A stretch of 30,822 nt of DNA, taken from the NCBI GenBank assembly GCA_965213675.1, contig CBDCAF010000006.1:1-30822 (forward strand). Reading direction: 5' to 3'. The DNA is from an uncultured Candidatus Binatia bacterium. GTDB taxonomy: Bacteria; Desulfobacterota; Binatia; UBA9968; JAJDTQ01. Positions 1-9,050 of this stretch are shown here, piece by piece. The stretch's first letter is position 1; each line of letters opens with the position of its first letter. Position numbers and translations under genes: made by a program. A model generated the notes under the pieces. The model was not told the DNA's origin. It worked only from the letters and a program-made list of their open reading frames with translations, and made no database searches.

Positions 1-133
1 CGGGCGCCCACGTCGCGGGTGCCACGCGACGAAGAGACCCAGGGTGACGTCACCCAGCCGACGGCAAAACAGCCATGATGGCAGTCATTTGCCGGAAACG
101 ACGCCAGGCTACCGATCAAGCGCAGGACTACCG

Positions 134-637
134 ATGGTATCGAAGATGTCGTCAACGGACGGGTCGGACGCAACGCCTCCCATGGACCTCGCCTGGACAG
201 GCTGGCTTTTGGACAGCTACGCGCTTTGGTTGAAGCGGGATCTCATCGAGCGCGCCGGCTCTTTGGACGAGCAGAGCGTGCGACTCTTTCATGCGCCGTT
301 TGTGGTGGTGTCCCACGCGGACGCGGAGGATCCGGTGCTCAACTACGGCAACCGGCAGGCTCTGGACTTGTGGGAGATGACCTGGGCCGAGCTGACCGCC
401 ACGCCGTCGCGCCTGACCGCCGAACCGGTGAACCGCGATGAACGCGCGCGGCTGCTGCGGCGCGTGGCGGAGCAAGGCTTCGTTGCCGATTACGAGGGCG
501 TGCGCATCTCGAAAACCGGCCGGCGTTTTCAGGTGAAGCGCGCCACCGTGTGGAACGTGCTGGATGAAAACAGGATCAAGCGGGGACAGGCCGCTACCTT
601 CTCGCACTGGGTGCCGCTACCCGCGCAGCAGCCGTAA
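134..637 (+). CDS. Stand-alone MEKHLA (PAS-like) domain protein
   Basis: LFHAPFVVVSH...DPVLNYGNRQALDLWE...PSRLTAE...YEGVRISKTGRRF...ATVWN is typical of MEKHLA. The ORF track starts at 44; ATG 134 (after AGGA) was chosen, and 146/182 are also possible. Confidence 0.85.
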   Translation: MVSKMSSTDGSDATPPMDLAWTGWLLDSYALWLKRDLIERAGSLDEQSVRLFHAPFVVVSHADAEDPVLNYGNRQALDLWEMTWAELTATPSRLTAEPVNRDERARLLRRVAEQGFVADYEGVRISKTGRRFQVKRATVWNVLDENRIKRGQAATFSHWVPLPAQQP

Positions 638-859
638 CCTTGTGGATCACTCACCCTGTTCAACACACGAGACAACATCCAGCCAGTTCCTCGACCAGCG
701 GTTTGGGGTCCTCGCCAACCCCGTGGCCATCTTTAGGAAACTGGCCGATAGACTGACGCTCGACGAACAGACTGGCTCACGACGAAGAATGACCGGAGAA
801 TCACAGGAACAGAACAGTCACAGGCATCCCCCGAAAGTCCCCGCGCCGCCGCGCCGCGC

Positions 860-2068
860 CTACATCGGCGGGCGGCTGTTCTCCCCATAGCCCGTCAACT
901 CCACGTAGCCTTGCCCGACGCGGGCGCCGTCCCTGGAGTCCAGCCGGACGGACCCTTCCCAATAGAACAGGTTCGGGATCAGCGCGCTGCGGTTCTCCTG
1001 GTCGGCGAGCCTGGGCGTGATGACCGCGCGGATTCCAGCGCCGGGAACGTCCAAGGTCCAGCCGGCGGGATAGGGAGCGCCGGTGGCCGGGCTGGTCCAA
1101 CGGCCGGTGGCGTTCAGGCTCCATTCGGCGGGGCGCAGGTAGCGGACGGCGCCGTCGGGTTCGATCAGCGTGGCGCTGGCATGGTGGGTGGCGCCGTCAC
1201 GGTTGCGGAGGAGGTAGAGCATGACCTCGCGATTGTCATCGAATTGAAGGCTGAACCAGTCCCAGCCGACGGTGTCCTCCCCGAGCTGGTTGGAGCCGAA
1301 TTCCTTGTCCATCCAACTCGCGCCACGGACGTCCCACTCCTTTCCATCAAGCCGGACGGCGCCGGTGACCGCCATGCGGGTGAAGCTGTAGTAGTGACTG
1401 GCTTCCGTCGCCCCCGCCCCTTTTCGGCTCAGGCCGCCGGGCCCCTGGAACACCAAGGGCTTGAGCGGGCGCGCGGAGAGGGTGAAGCCGAACTCCTCGC
1501 CGGCGTCGGCCATGGCGAAGTCGAAGCCCTTGCCGTTCCAGTGGAGTTGCCAACCGTCGGGCGTTCCGGGCGGGCCAACGCTCCACGCCAGACGCGGGTC
1601 GGGTTGGCGGCCAAACCCGCCCAGCAGCGGCGCCGCGCGCACCACCAACTCGCTGAAGCGATGCCGGCCACTTTGCAGATCCGTCAGCGCCGCGTGCCCC
1701 ATGACGAGGTTGCGGGCAGCCCACGCGGAATCGGACGGCGGTGCGTCCCGGGACACGCCGATCCGGAAAAACGTGAATTGAAACCCGAAGCGGCGCACGG
1801 GTTCCGTCACCGTGCGCAAGTGCCCGGTGAAGTACCACCACTCGGTCTTGTAACCTTCACGCGCCCAGTGGTCCCTCGGAAAAGACCACTGGTAATCGGG
1901 CTGGGCCACGGTCCATGCGTGGGCGGCAAGGCTCGCCGACCAAATCACACCGGCCGAGGCCAGGATGAGAACGGCGGCGCCCAGGACCAGCCGTTTCGCT
2001 ACCCTTCCAGGAGTCTTCCGGTGAAGACGTCCGCCGGGTAGTTGGGAGTTCCGGTCCCCATTGGTCAT
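860..2068 (-). CDS. AttH-like / CrtC-like lipocalin-domain secreted protein
   Basis: N-terminal hydrophobic signal segment; motifs FPRDH, EWWYFTG, HYYSFTR, SWMDKEFGS, GWDWFSLQ, YWEG and GYVELTGY. Lies downstream of the FtsX permease as in AttEFGH loci. Start ATG 2068 inferred. Confidence 0.85.
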   Translation of the reverse strand: MTNGDRNSQLPGGRLHRKTPGRVAKRLVLGAAVLILASAGVIWSASLAAHAWTVAQPDYQWSFPRDHWAREGYKTEWWYFTGHLRTVTEPVRRFGFQFTFFRIGVSRDAPPSDSAWAARNLVMGHAALTDLQSGRHRFSELVVRAAPLLGGFGRQPDPRLAWSVGPPGTPDGWQLHWNGKGFDFAMADAGEEFGFTLSARPLKPLVFQGPGGLSRKGAGATEASHYYSFTRMAVTGAVRLDGKEWDVRGASWMDKEFGSNQLGEDTVGWDWFSLQFDDNREVMLYLLRNRDGATHHASATLIEPDGAVRYLRPAEWSLNATGRWTSPATGAPYPAGWTLDVPGAGIRAVITPRLADQENRSALIPNLFYWEGSVRLDSRDGARVGQGYVELTGYGENSRPPM

Positions 2069-2069
2069 T

Positions 2070-2330
2070 TGAGGTGGTCCCACTTCGTTGGACAGGTGGG
2101 CGGCGAAAACAAGGTGTATTCCGGGTAATCAATCATGCCGCCAGGGTGCTGTTTAGCACGTCTTCCCGTTCCGGTTGAGCCGGCGGAGGGACCGGCGAGC
2201 GGAGGGGCTCAGGCCGCATCTCCATCAGAATTCCATGGTCGTAGGCCTCGGCTGGGGTAGAGCCATCGAGGGCGGAGTGAGGCCTTCGGGTGTTGTGGAA
2301 CTCCATCCATCGGGCGAAGACCGCATTCAA
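2070..2330 (-). mobile_element. IS3-family remnant: transposase C-terminus plus right end
   Basis: ORF 2133..2354 contains WMEFHNTRRPHSALDGSTPAEAY (IS3 OrfB C-terminal N..RPH.AL...TP motif). It is followed by a CA-ending terminus, read on + as TGAGGTGGTCCCACTTCGTTGGACAG from 2070. No DDE core or left end; left boundary approximate. Confidence 0.8.
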
Positions 2331-2343
2331 GGGCGCGCTTGCG

Positions 2344-2383
2344 CCCTTCGACATGCTCAGGACTCGCTACGCTCAGGACGATC
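2344..2383. repeat. REP-like repeat family B, copy 1
   Basis: CCCTTCGACATGCTCAGGACTCGCTACGCTCAGGACGATC has an internal GCTCAGGAC duplication and resembles 23143-23189. Preceded by the hairpin GGGCGC-GCTT-GCGCCC. Confidence 0.55.
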
Positions 2384-2418
2384 AGGAAAACATACGCCTT
2401 GCCCCGGTGCGGTTTCCC

Positions 2419-4950
2419 TCACGCGTCCGCATGGCACAACTCGCTGGCGGGCGTGCGACTGGCCTTGAACGCGGGGTAGAGGCTTGCCAGCACCGCGGCG
2501 CAGATAATGGCCAGGGCCTCGCCGGCGAGGGCCAGCCACGGCCAGGTCCACTCGATGCTCCAGCCGAAGTAGCTCTTCTGAATGACGAAGATCAGCACCA
2601 CGCCCAGGCCGGCGCCGGCGGCGTATCCCATGGCCAGGCCCAGGAAGGCCATGGCGGCGCCCTTGCTCACGAACAGCAGGAACACCTGCCGGCGGAAGGC
2701 GCCCAGGGTGCGGTAGAGGGCGATCTCGCTGGCCTTCTCCTGGGCCACCACCAGCAGCGTGAGGGTAATGGCGCAGGCGGCGATGATGAGGCTCATGACC
2801 TGGAGGATGCGCGTCACCGCGAAGGTCTGGTCGAAGACATGGAGCACGTCGTCCTTGAGGCGCTGGTTGCTGCGCACGCGCAGGAAGCCACGGGGGTAGC
2901 GGTTCTCGATGGCCGCGGCCACGGCTTCCGGGTCGGCTCCAGGCTTCAGGTGCAGCGCGACGCTCGTGAGGCGGCCCGCGCCCAGGGTTTCGGCCATGAG
3001 GCCCAGGTCCATGGTGACCGATCCGCCTTCGGTGTAGTCACGGTAGACGCCGGAAACCGGGAGGCGCACGGTTCCCAACGGGCCTTCGATCATTACCGCG
3101 TCCCCCACCGTCAGGGACGCGCTTTGGGCCAGCGGCTCGCCGACGAGGACGCCCCGTTCCCGGAGCGCCCGGGCCACCGCATCGGCGCCGGAGAGGAGCC
3201 CCAGGCGGCGCTGTTCGGCCGGCCGGTTCAAATCCACGGCCACCACCGCCACGCGCCGGCCGCCCACGGGAAGGGACAGGCGTCGCAGCGGATCGACGCC
3301 GCGCACCTCGGGCACGCGCGCCAGCCGCGCCACGAGGTCCGGATTCAGCGTGGCCTGCGGCCCGGCCCGCGCCCCCACCGTGGCGGTGACGTAGACATCG
3401 GCGCGCAGCGAGCGCTCCACCCAGCGCACCAGGGTCTCGCGGAAGCTGCCCACCAGAAGCGTGATGCCCACCAGCAGGCACACGGCCATGGACAGGGACG
3501 AAACCGAGAATGCGGTGTTCGCGAGGGTGGCGCCGAGACTGCGGACGCCGTAGCGGAAGCCGAAGTCCGGCACGCGGACGCACCCGGTGAGGCGCTGCAC
3601 CAGCCAAGGAGCGAGCAGCGGCAGACATAGCATCATGACGGTGGCCAAGACGAAACCCGAAGGGCGCCAACGCCAACCCGCGAGCCAGTACCACGCCAGC
3701 GCAACGGCCACCAGCGCAAGGCCCAGGCGGAAGAGCGCGCGGGCGCGGGCGACGCCCGCGGACTGCGCCGGATAGGTGTCCAGCAGCGCGCGCGTGTCCC
3801 GGCGCCACACGTCCAGGGCGGGCAGAAGCGTGCCGCTCAGGGCGCCGCCCAAGCCCGCGAACACCGCCAGCGCCAAGGTGCCGCCGGACACCTCCAGCGA
3901 CTGAATTTCCCGGAGCATGTAGACGTTGGTCAGCGTGGAGCTGACCGCGTCCAGATTCCAGATGGCGGTCCAGTATCCCGCCACAATGCCGATGGCCACG
4001 CCCAGGATCCCGAGCAGCGCGGCTTCGCCCAGGATGAGCGCCAGAACCTGGGCCGGGGTGGAACCCAGGGAACGCAGCACGCCGAACTCCCGGCGCTGCC
4101 ACACCAGGCACGCGCGCATGCTGCTGAACACGAGGAACGTGCCCACCAACAGGCTCACCATGCTCAAGGCGGTGAGGTTCAGGCGGAAGGCGCCGAGGAG
4201 TTGCCGCGCCTGTCCGGTGCGCTCCGACGCCGTGGCCGCGTCCACCCGGCCGCCCAGCCGATCCTCGATGCGCGCCGCCAGGGCCGGCAGGTCGGCGCCC
4301 TCCACCGCCTCGACGCCGATGCGGTGCAGGATGCCCGCGCCCCCGAACAGAGACTGGGCCTCGGCAATGTCCATCACCAGGGCGCGGCGGCTTCCGCCCG
4401 CGCCCCAGCGCTCGAAGTCCACCAGCGCGCCCACCTGGAGCGCGCGCACGCGCTCGCCGTCACGGACCTCGACGCGGTCGCCGACGGCCCAACCCATGGC
4501 CGCGGCCAGCTCCGGCGTGGCCGCCGCCCAGCCGCGGCGGCGCACTGCCACACCCGCCTCCGTCTCCGGCGGAAGCCCCGACAACGCGCCCCGAAAGTCC
4601 GGAGAAGGCGCCAGGAGATCGCTGCCCAAGAGCCGCGCAAACGTGCCTGGCCGCCCCACCACCGCCACCGTGGTCTCGAAGGCGGGCCAGGCCGCAGCCA
4701 CTCCCGGCGTGCCCCGCACCAGCGGGTAGAACGCGTCCCGCAAGGTGCCGCCCTTGCCCGTGACCACCACGTCGGCGGCGCCGCCGATGCTGTGCACGCC
4801 GGCCGCGAACGAAGCCACCGCGCTCTGGTTGAGGATGCGAATGCTGATGACCGAGGCCACACCCAGCGCCACACCCAGAACGGTCAATCCGTATAGCACC
4901 GGGTTGGTGCGCCAGTGGGCGGAGACCGTCTTGCAGAAGTAGCGCAGCAT
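2419..4950 (-). CDS. ABC transporter permease with two MacB_PCD/FtsX repeats (AttF/G-like)
   Basis: 843 aa; N-terminal LTVLGVALGVA TM, RREFGVLRSLG and EIALYRTLGA FtsX motifs, two periplasmic domains. Confidence 0.9.
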   Translation of the reverse strand: MLRYFCKTVSAHWRTNPVLYGLTVLGVALGVASVISIRILNQSAVASFAAGVHSIGGAADVVVTGKGGTLRDAFYPLVRGTPGVAAAWPAFETTVAVVGRPGTFARLLGSDLLAPSPDFRGALSGLPPETEAGVAVRRRGWAAATPELAAAMGWAVGDRVEVRDGERVRALQVGALVDFERWGAGGSRRALVMDIAEAQSLFGGAGILHRIGVEAVEGADLPALAARIEDRLGGRVDAATASERTGQARQLLGAFRLNLTALSMVSLLVGTFLVFSSMRACLVWQRREFGVLRSLGSTPAQVLALILGEAALLGILGVAIGIVAGYWTAIWNLDAVSSTLTNVYMLREIQSLEVSGGTLALAVFAGLGGALSGTLLPALDVWRRDTRALLDTYPAQSAGVARARALFRLGLALVAVALAWYWLAGWRWRPSGFVLATVMMLCLPLLAPWLVQRLTGCVRVPDFGFRYGVRSLGATLANTAFSVSSLSMAVCLLVGITLLVGSFRETLVRWVERSLRADVYVTATVGARAGPQATLNPDLVARLARVPEVRGVDPLRRLSLPVGGRRVAVVAVDLNRPAEQRRLGLLSGADAVARALRERGVLVGEPLAQSASLTVGDAVMIEGPLGTVRLPVSGVYRDYTEGGSVTMDLGLMAETLGAGRLTSVALHLKPGADPEAVAAAIENRYPRGFLRVRSNQRLKDDVLHVFDQTFAVTRILQVMSLIIAACAITLTLLVVAQEKASEIALYRTLGAFRRQVFLLFVSKGAAMAFLGLAMGYAAGAGLGVVLIFVIQKSYFGWSIEWTWPWLALAGEALAIICAAVLASLYPAFKASRTPASELCHADA

Positions 4951-5057
4951 GGTCGAGCCAATGGTTCCGTATCAAACAACGAGATCACGCAGCCGCCGCC
5001 GTATGTCGCCGCGGCATGTCGGCCGGCAAACCGACATCGCCGATTCTCGCGAACTTG

Positions 5058-5082
5058 CAGGGGCGACCGGTGGTCGTCCCTG
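5058..5082. repeat. GC-rich REP-like hairpin between ATPase and permease genes
   Basis: CAGGGGCGACC-GGT-GGTCGTCCCTG forms an 11-bp stem with one G-T pair. Confidence 0.45.
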
Positions 5083-5138
5083 TGGCGCTCACCACGCGAG
5101 GGAAACCCACGCAGCCGGCGACAAGACGAACCAGCACT

Positions 5139-5870
5139 TCAACGCAGAAACGCTCCGGACACGACTCCACGCGCCGCGCCGGTATCCGCCTCCAGGCTAC
5201 CGCTGTGAAGCCGCAAGACGCCGTCGGCCATGGCCGCCAACTCCCGGCTGTGGGTGGCGAAGATGAGTGTCGCGCCCTCCTCCGCCACCATCTGGAGCAT
5301 GAGGTCCATGACCACCTGACCGCTGGCGTCGTCGAGGCTGCCGGTGGGTTCGTCGGCCAGCAACAGGCGCGGGCGCCGCAGCAGTGCCCGGCAGATGGCC
5401 ACGCGCTGCATCTCGCCGCCGCTCAAGACCGCCACCGGGTCGCCGGCACGGTCCGGCAGGCCCACCCGCTCCAGCAACGCCGCCACGCGCTGGCGGTAGG
5501 CGCGCTCCCGCACGCCGGCGATGAGGTCCGGCAGGGCCACGTTGTCCCGCACCGTGAGGTGGGGCAGAAGATGGAAAAGCTGGAACACAAAACCGATGTC
5601 GCGCCGGCGCAGCCGCGTGCGCTCGGTCTCGTTGAGACCTTCCAGCGGCGCGCCGTGCAGGGCCACCGAACCGCGCGTGGGCACATCGATGCCGGCCGCC
5701 AAGTGCAGCAGCGTGGACTTGCCGCTGCCGCTGCGCCCGACGACGGCCACGGTCTTGCCCGAGGCGATATCGAACGTGACGTCGCGCAACGCGTAGCGTT
5801 CCGCGGAGCCTGTGCCGTCGTAGACCTTCGAAACGCTGTCGAAGCTGAGGGCGGCCGCGTCCATGGTCAC
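5139..5870 (-). CDS. ABC transporter ATP-binding protein (LolD/MacB-like, AttE-like)
   Basis: Walker A GRSGSGKS, Q-loop FVFQ, signature LSGGEMQRVA, Walker B LLLADEP, H-loop ATH. Confidence 0.95.
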   Translation of the reverse strand: MTMDAAALSFDSVSKVYDGTGSAERYALRDVTFDIASGKTVAVVGRSGSGKSTLLHLAAGIDVPTRGSVALHGAPLEGLNETERTRLRRRDIGFVFQLFHLLPHLTVRDNVALPDLIAGVRERAYRQRVAALLERVGLPDRAGDPVAVLSGGEMQRVAICRALLRRPRLLLADEPTGSLDDASGQVVMDLMLQMVAEEGATLIFATHSRELAAMADGVLRLHSGSLEADTGAARGVVSGAFLR

Positions 5871-6760
5871 GCGCCGATCACGTGGCGCAGACCCTCTTCG
5901 AGCGAAGCGTGACGGAACGCGTAGCCGGAGTCCAGCAGCGTGGCGGGCCGGACCCGGGTGCTGGCCAACAACAGCGCCTCCGCCATTTCGCCGAATGCCA
6001 ACCGGGCGGCGAACCCGGGCATGGGGAACAGGGTGGGACGCCGCAGCACGCGGCCGAGAGTCTTGGTGAACTCATGGTTGGTGGCCGCCACGGGCGCCAC
6101 GACGTTCACCGGTCCGGCCGCCGAATCCGTGGCAAGCAGATGGGCGAGGGCCGCAACGGTGTCGTCCAGGGTGATCCAGCTCATGAATTGCCGGCCGTTG
6201 CCGATGATGCCCCCCGCCCCGAGCCTGAAGGGCGTGAGCATCTTGGCGAGAGCGCCGCCTTCCGTGCTCAGGACCACGCCCAGCCGCGCGTGGACCACGC
6301 GGACGCCCTTCTCTTGCGCCGGCTCGGTGGCCGCCTCCCACTCACGGCACACGCCCGGAAGGAAGCCTTGGCCGGACGGGCTGGCCTCGGTGAGCACCTC
6401 GTCGCCGCGGTCGCCGTAGAACCCCACCGCCGAGGCCGACACCCACACCCCCGGCGGCCGTTCCAGTCCGGCCAGGGTCTCCGCCAGCAGCCGTGTGCCG
6501 CGCACACGGCTGTCCCGGATGCGGCGCTTCTTCTCCGCGGTCCAGCGCCCGGTGGCAATGTTCTCGCCGGCCAGGTGAATGATCCCGTCAAACCCTTCCA
6601 GCGGCCCGGCGTCGAGGACACCGCGTTCCGGATCCCAGGAAAGATCGCCAGCCGCGCTTTGGGAACGCCCCAGTCGCACCACCTCATGGCCGCCGCTGAC
6701 GAGCAGCGCCGTCAAGGCGCGGCCCACCAGTCCCGTAGCTCCCGTCACCAGAATCTTCAT
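5867..6760 (-). CDS. TIGR01777-family NAD-dependent epimerase/oxidoreductase (YfcH-like)
   Basis: MKILVTGATGLVG, HLAGENIA..RWT..KK..I..SRV, SASAVGFYG, GNGRQFMSWI. RBS GGAGG precedes ATG 6760, and the stop overlaps the ATPase GTG. Confidence 0.92.
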   Translation of the reverse strand: MKILVTGATGLVGRALTALLVSGGHEVVRLGRSQSAAGDLSWDPERGVLDAGPLEGFDGIIHLAGENIATGRWTAEKKRRIRDSRVRGTRLLAETLAGLERPPGVWVSASAVGFYGDRGDEVLTEASPSGQGFLPGVCREWEAATEPAQEKGVRVVHARLGVVLSTEGGALAKMLTPFRLGAGGIIGNGRQFMSWITLDDTVAALAHLLATDSAAGPVNVVAPVAATNHEFTKTLGRVLRRPTLFPMPGFAARLAFGEMAEALLLASTRVRPATLLDSGYAFRHASLEEGLRHVIGA

Positions 6761-6829
6761 TCCCGGTCCTCCGTTGCGGCGGCGCCAGTGGCCGCCCATC
6801 CGATGTCGATGTTCCACGTTATTCCTTCC

Positions 6830-6838
6830 ATGATAGCA
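6830..6838 (-). promoter_or_regulatory. Putative extended -10 promoter (TGcTATCAT) for the epimerase-ABC operon
   Basis: Minus strand reads GGTGCTATCATGG about 70 bp upstream of ATG 6760; no good -35. Confidence 0.35.
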
Positions 6839-6954
6839 CCTCGCCCCGCTTCCCACGCATACGCGCGCAGTTTGACTTACCGGTGAGGTGTCCTTAAATC
6901 TTCGTAGACAGGGCTTGCATCATGTCGCCCTGCCTGACCGTCCGTCCTCGAACC

Positions 6955-8202
6955 ATGCTTGAAAATCTGCTGAAGAAGGTGGAGGAGCGCACCGGCTACT
7001 TCGGCGCCTATGGCGGCGCGTTTACGCCGGAGATTCTGCGCACGACGCTGGATGAATTGATCGCGGCCTTTGACGACGCGCGCCGGGACCCGGCTTTCTG
7101 GGACGAGTTCCGGGGGGTGATGCAATCCTACTCATGCCGGCCGACACCCGTCACGCATCTGCAGAACCTGAGCGACACGCTGGGCGGGGCGCAGATCTAT
7201 CTCAAGCGGGAAGACCTGAACCAGACGGGCTCCCACAAGATCAACAACGTCATGGGACAGGGACTGCTGGTGACGCGCATGGGCAAGAAGCGCGTTATCG
7301 CCGAGACCGGGGCCGGCCAGCACGGCGTCGCCACCGCCACCATGGCCGCCCGGCTGGGCCTTGAGTGCACCATCTACATGGGCGCGGTGGACGTGGAGCG
7401 GCAGCGCCCCAACGTGTTCTGGATGGAGCGGCTCGGGGCGACGGTGATTGCGGTCGAAGACGGCTCGGCCACGCTCAAGGACGCCATCAACCAGTGCCTG
7501 CGGGACTGGGCGTTCTCCATGGACGACACCCACTACGTGCTCGGAACCGCCTGCGGGCCGCACCCGTTTCCGCAGATCGTGGCGTATTTCCAACAGATCA
7601 TCGGACAGGAATGCCGCGAGCAGATGACGGCCCTCAACGGGCGCCTGCCGGACCGGGTGTACTGCTGCGTGGGCGGCGGCTCCAACGCCACCGGCACGTT
7701 CCTGGGTTTCCTCGACGATGCGGACGTGGAGCTGGTGGGAATCGAGGCCGGCGGCGAAGGGCTGGACACCGGCCGCCACGCGGCCCGACTGGCGGGCAAC
7801 GGCGGCACCCCCGGCGTGGCCCAGGGGTACAAGACCTGGTTTCTCCAGGACGAGGAAGGGCAAATGCGCCACACCCACTCGGTGGCCGCGGGCCTGGACT
7901 ACATCGGCGTGAGCCCGATTCTGGCGTGTCTGCGGGAGAACGGGCGGGTGCGTTTCGAGGCCGCCACCGACAACGAGGTGCTGGAAGGGTTCCAGATGCT
8001 GCTGCAACGGGAAGGCATCATCGCTGCCCTGGAGAGCGCCCACGCGGTGGCCGGCGTCATCCGCGAGGCGCCGCGCATGGGCCGGGACCAGGCCGTGCTG
8101 GCGACCCTGTCGGGCCGGGGCGACAAGGACATCTTCACCATCGCCGAGGCGCTGGACGATCCCGGCTGGCGGCGTTTCCTTGAGCGGAAGGCCGGCCGGT
8201 GA
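6955..8202 (+). CDS. trpB: Tryptophan synthase beta chain
   Basis: LKREDLNQTGSHKINN (PLP lysine), AETGAGQHGVATA, VGGGSNA, AGLDY, ALESAHA, LSGRGDKD. Start is 6955 or 6922. Confidence 0.96.
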   Translation: MLENLLKKVEERTGYFGAYGGAFTPEILRTTLDELIAAFDDARRDPAFWDEFRGVMQSYSCRPTPVTHLQNLSDTLGGAQIYLKREDLNQTGSHKINNVMGQGLLVTRMGKKRVIAETGAGQHGVATATMAARLGLECTIYMGAVDVERQRPNVFWMERLGATVIAVEDGSATLKDAINQCLRDWAFSMDDTHYVLGTACGPHPFPQIVAYFQQIIGQECREQMTALNGRLPDRVYCCVGGGSNATGTFLGFLDDADVELVGIEAGGEGLDTGRHAARLAGNGGTPGVAQGYKTWFLQDEEGQMRHTHSVAAGLDYIGVSPILACLRENGRVRFEAATDNEVLEGFQMLLQREGIIAALESAHAVAGVIREAPRMGRDQAVLATLSGRGDKDIFTIAEALDDPGWRRFLERKAGR

Positions 8203-8975
8203 ACCTGCGGAACCACATTCAGGACCGGCTCGGGGCACGGAAAATCCTGCTCATGACGCACGTGATCGTGGGTTATCCGTCCCTGGACGTGAACTGGCGC
8301 ATGCTGGAAGCGATGGCGCGCGCCGACGTGGATTTGGTGGAGTTGCAGATGCCCTTCAGCGAGCCCATCGCCGACGGGCCGGTGTTCGCCCGGGCGAACC
8401 AGGAGGCACTCAAGCAGGGGCTTTCCGTCGACCAGTACTTCGATTTCATGGCAAGGGCCACCGAGCGGTTCGGGTTTCCGCACCTGATGATGGGGTATTA
8501 CAACACCGTGTTCCAACTCACCCATCGGACGTTCTGCGAGCGGCTGAGCGCGGCCGGCGGCGCGGGTTTCATCGTCCCCGACCTTCCCATCGAAGAATAC
8601 CGTGATCTCGCGCCACTCAGCGAGGCAAACGGGTTGACGCCCGTGGCGCTGTTCACCCCGACCAACACGGACGCGCGCCTGGCCGAGATCGGGCGCCACG
8701 GCCGCGGCTTCGTCTACGGCGTCGCCCGGCGCGGCGTCACCGGCAAGCGCACCGACCTGCAAGCCGGCATTGACGCGCTGGTGGCCCGCTACCGCGCGGC
8801 CACGGACCTTCCCTTGGCGCTGGGCTTCGGCATCGCGGGCGGCGACGACGTGCGCCAGCTCCACGGAAGCTGCGAAATCGCCATCGTCGGCTCGGCGCTT
8901 TTGGAACGCTGGGAGAACGGCGGCGAGGAAGCGTACTCGGAGCTTCTCGACGAGTTGCAGAAGGCGCGCGGCTGA
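8199..8975 (+). CDS. trpA: Tryptophan synthase alpha chain
   Basis: VELQMPFSEPIADGP, MGYYN, IVPDLP, GVTG, LGFGI, IVGSA. GTGA overlap with the trpB stop. Confidence 0.95.
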   Translation: MNLRNHIQDRLGARKILLMTHVIVGYPSLDVNWRMLEAMARADVDLVELQMPFSEPIADGPVFARANQEALKQGLSVDQYFDFMARATERFGFPHLMMGYYNTVFQLTHRTFCERLSAAGGAGFIVPDLPIEEYRDLAPLSEANGLTPVALFTPTNTDARLAEIGRHGRGFVYGVARRGVTGKRTDLQAGIDALVARYRAATDLPLALGFGIAGGDDVRQLHGSCEIAIVGSALLERWENGGEEAYSELLDELQKARG

Positions 8976-9050
8976 GCGGCGTCCGTTCGCGACGGATGCC
9001 GGAAGAAGTTCGACCGGAACCATCGTACAGCGAGCGAGGCGACCAGGAAG

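Noticed and set aside
638-859. Lower-GC spacer with ORF 564..890
   Set aside because: No recognisable protein motif, RNA structure or repeat; overlaps both neighbours.
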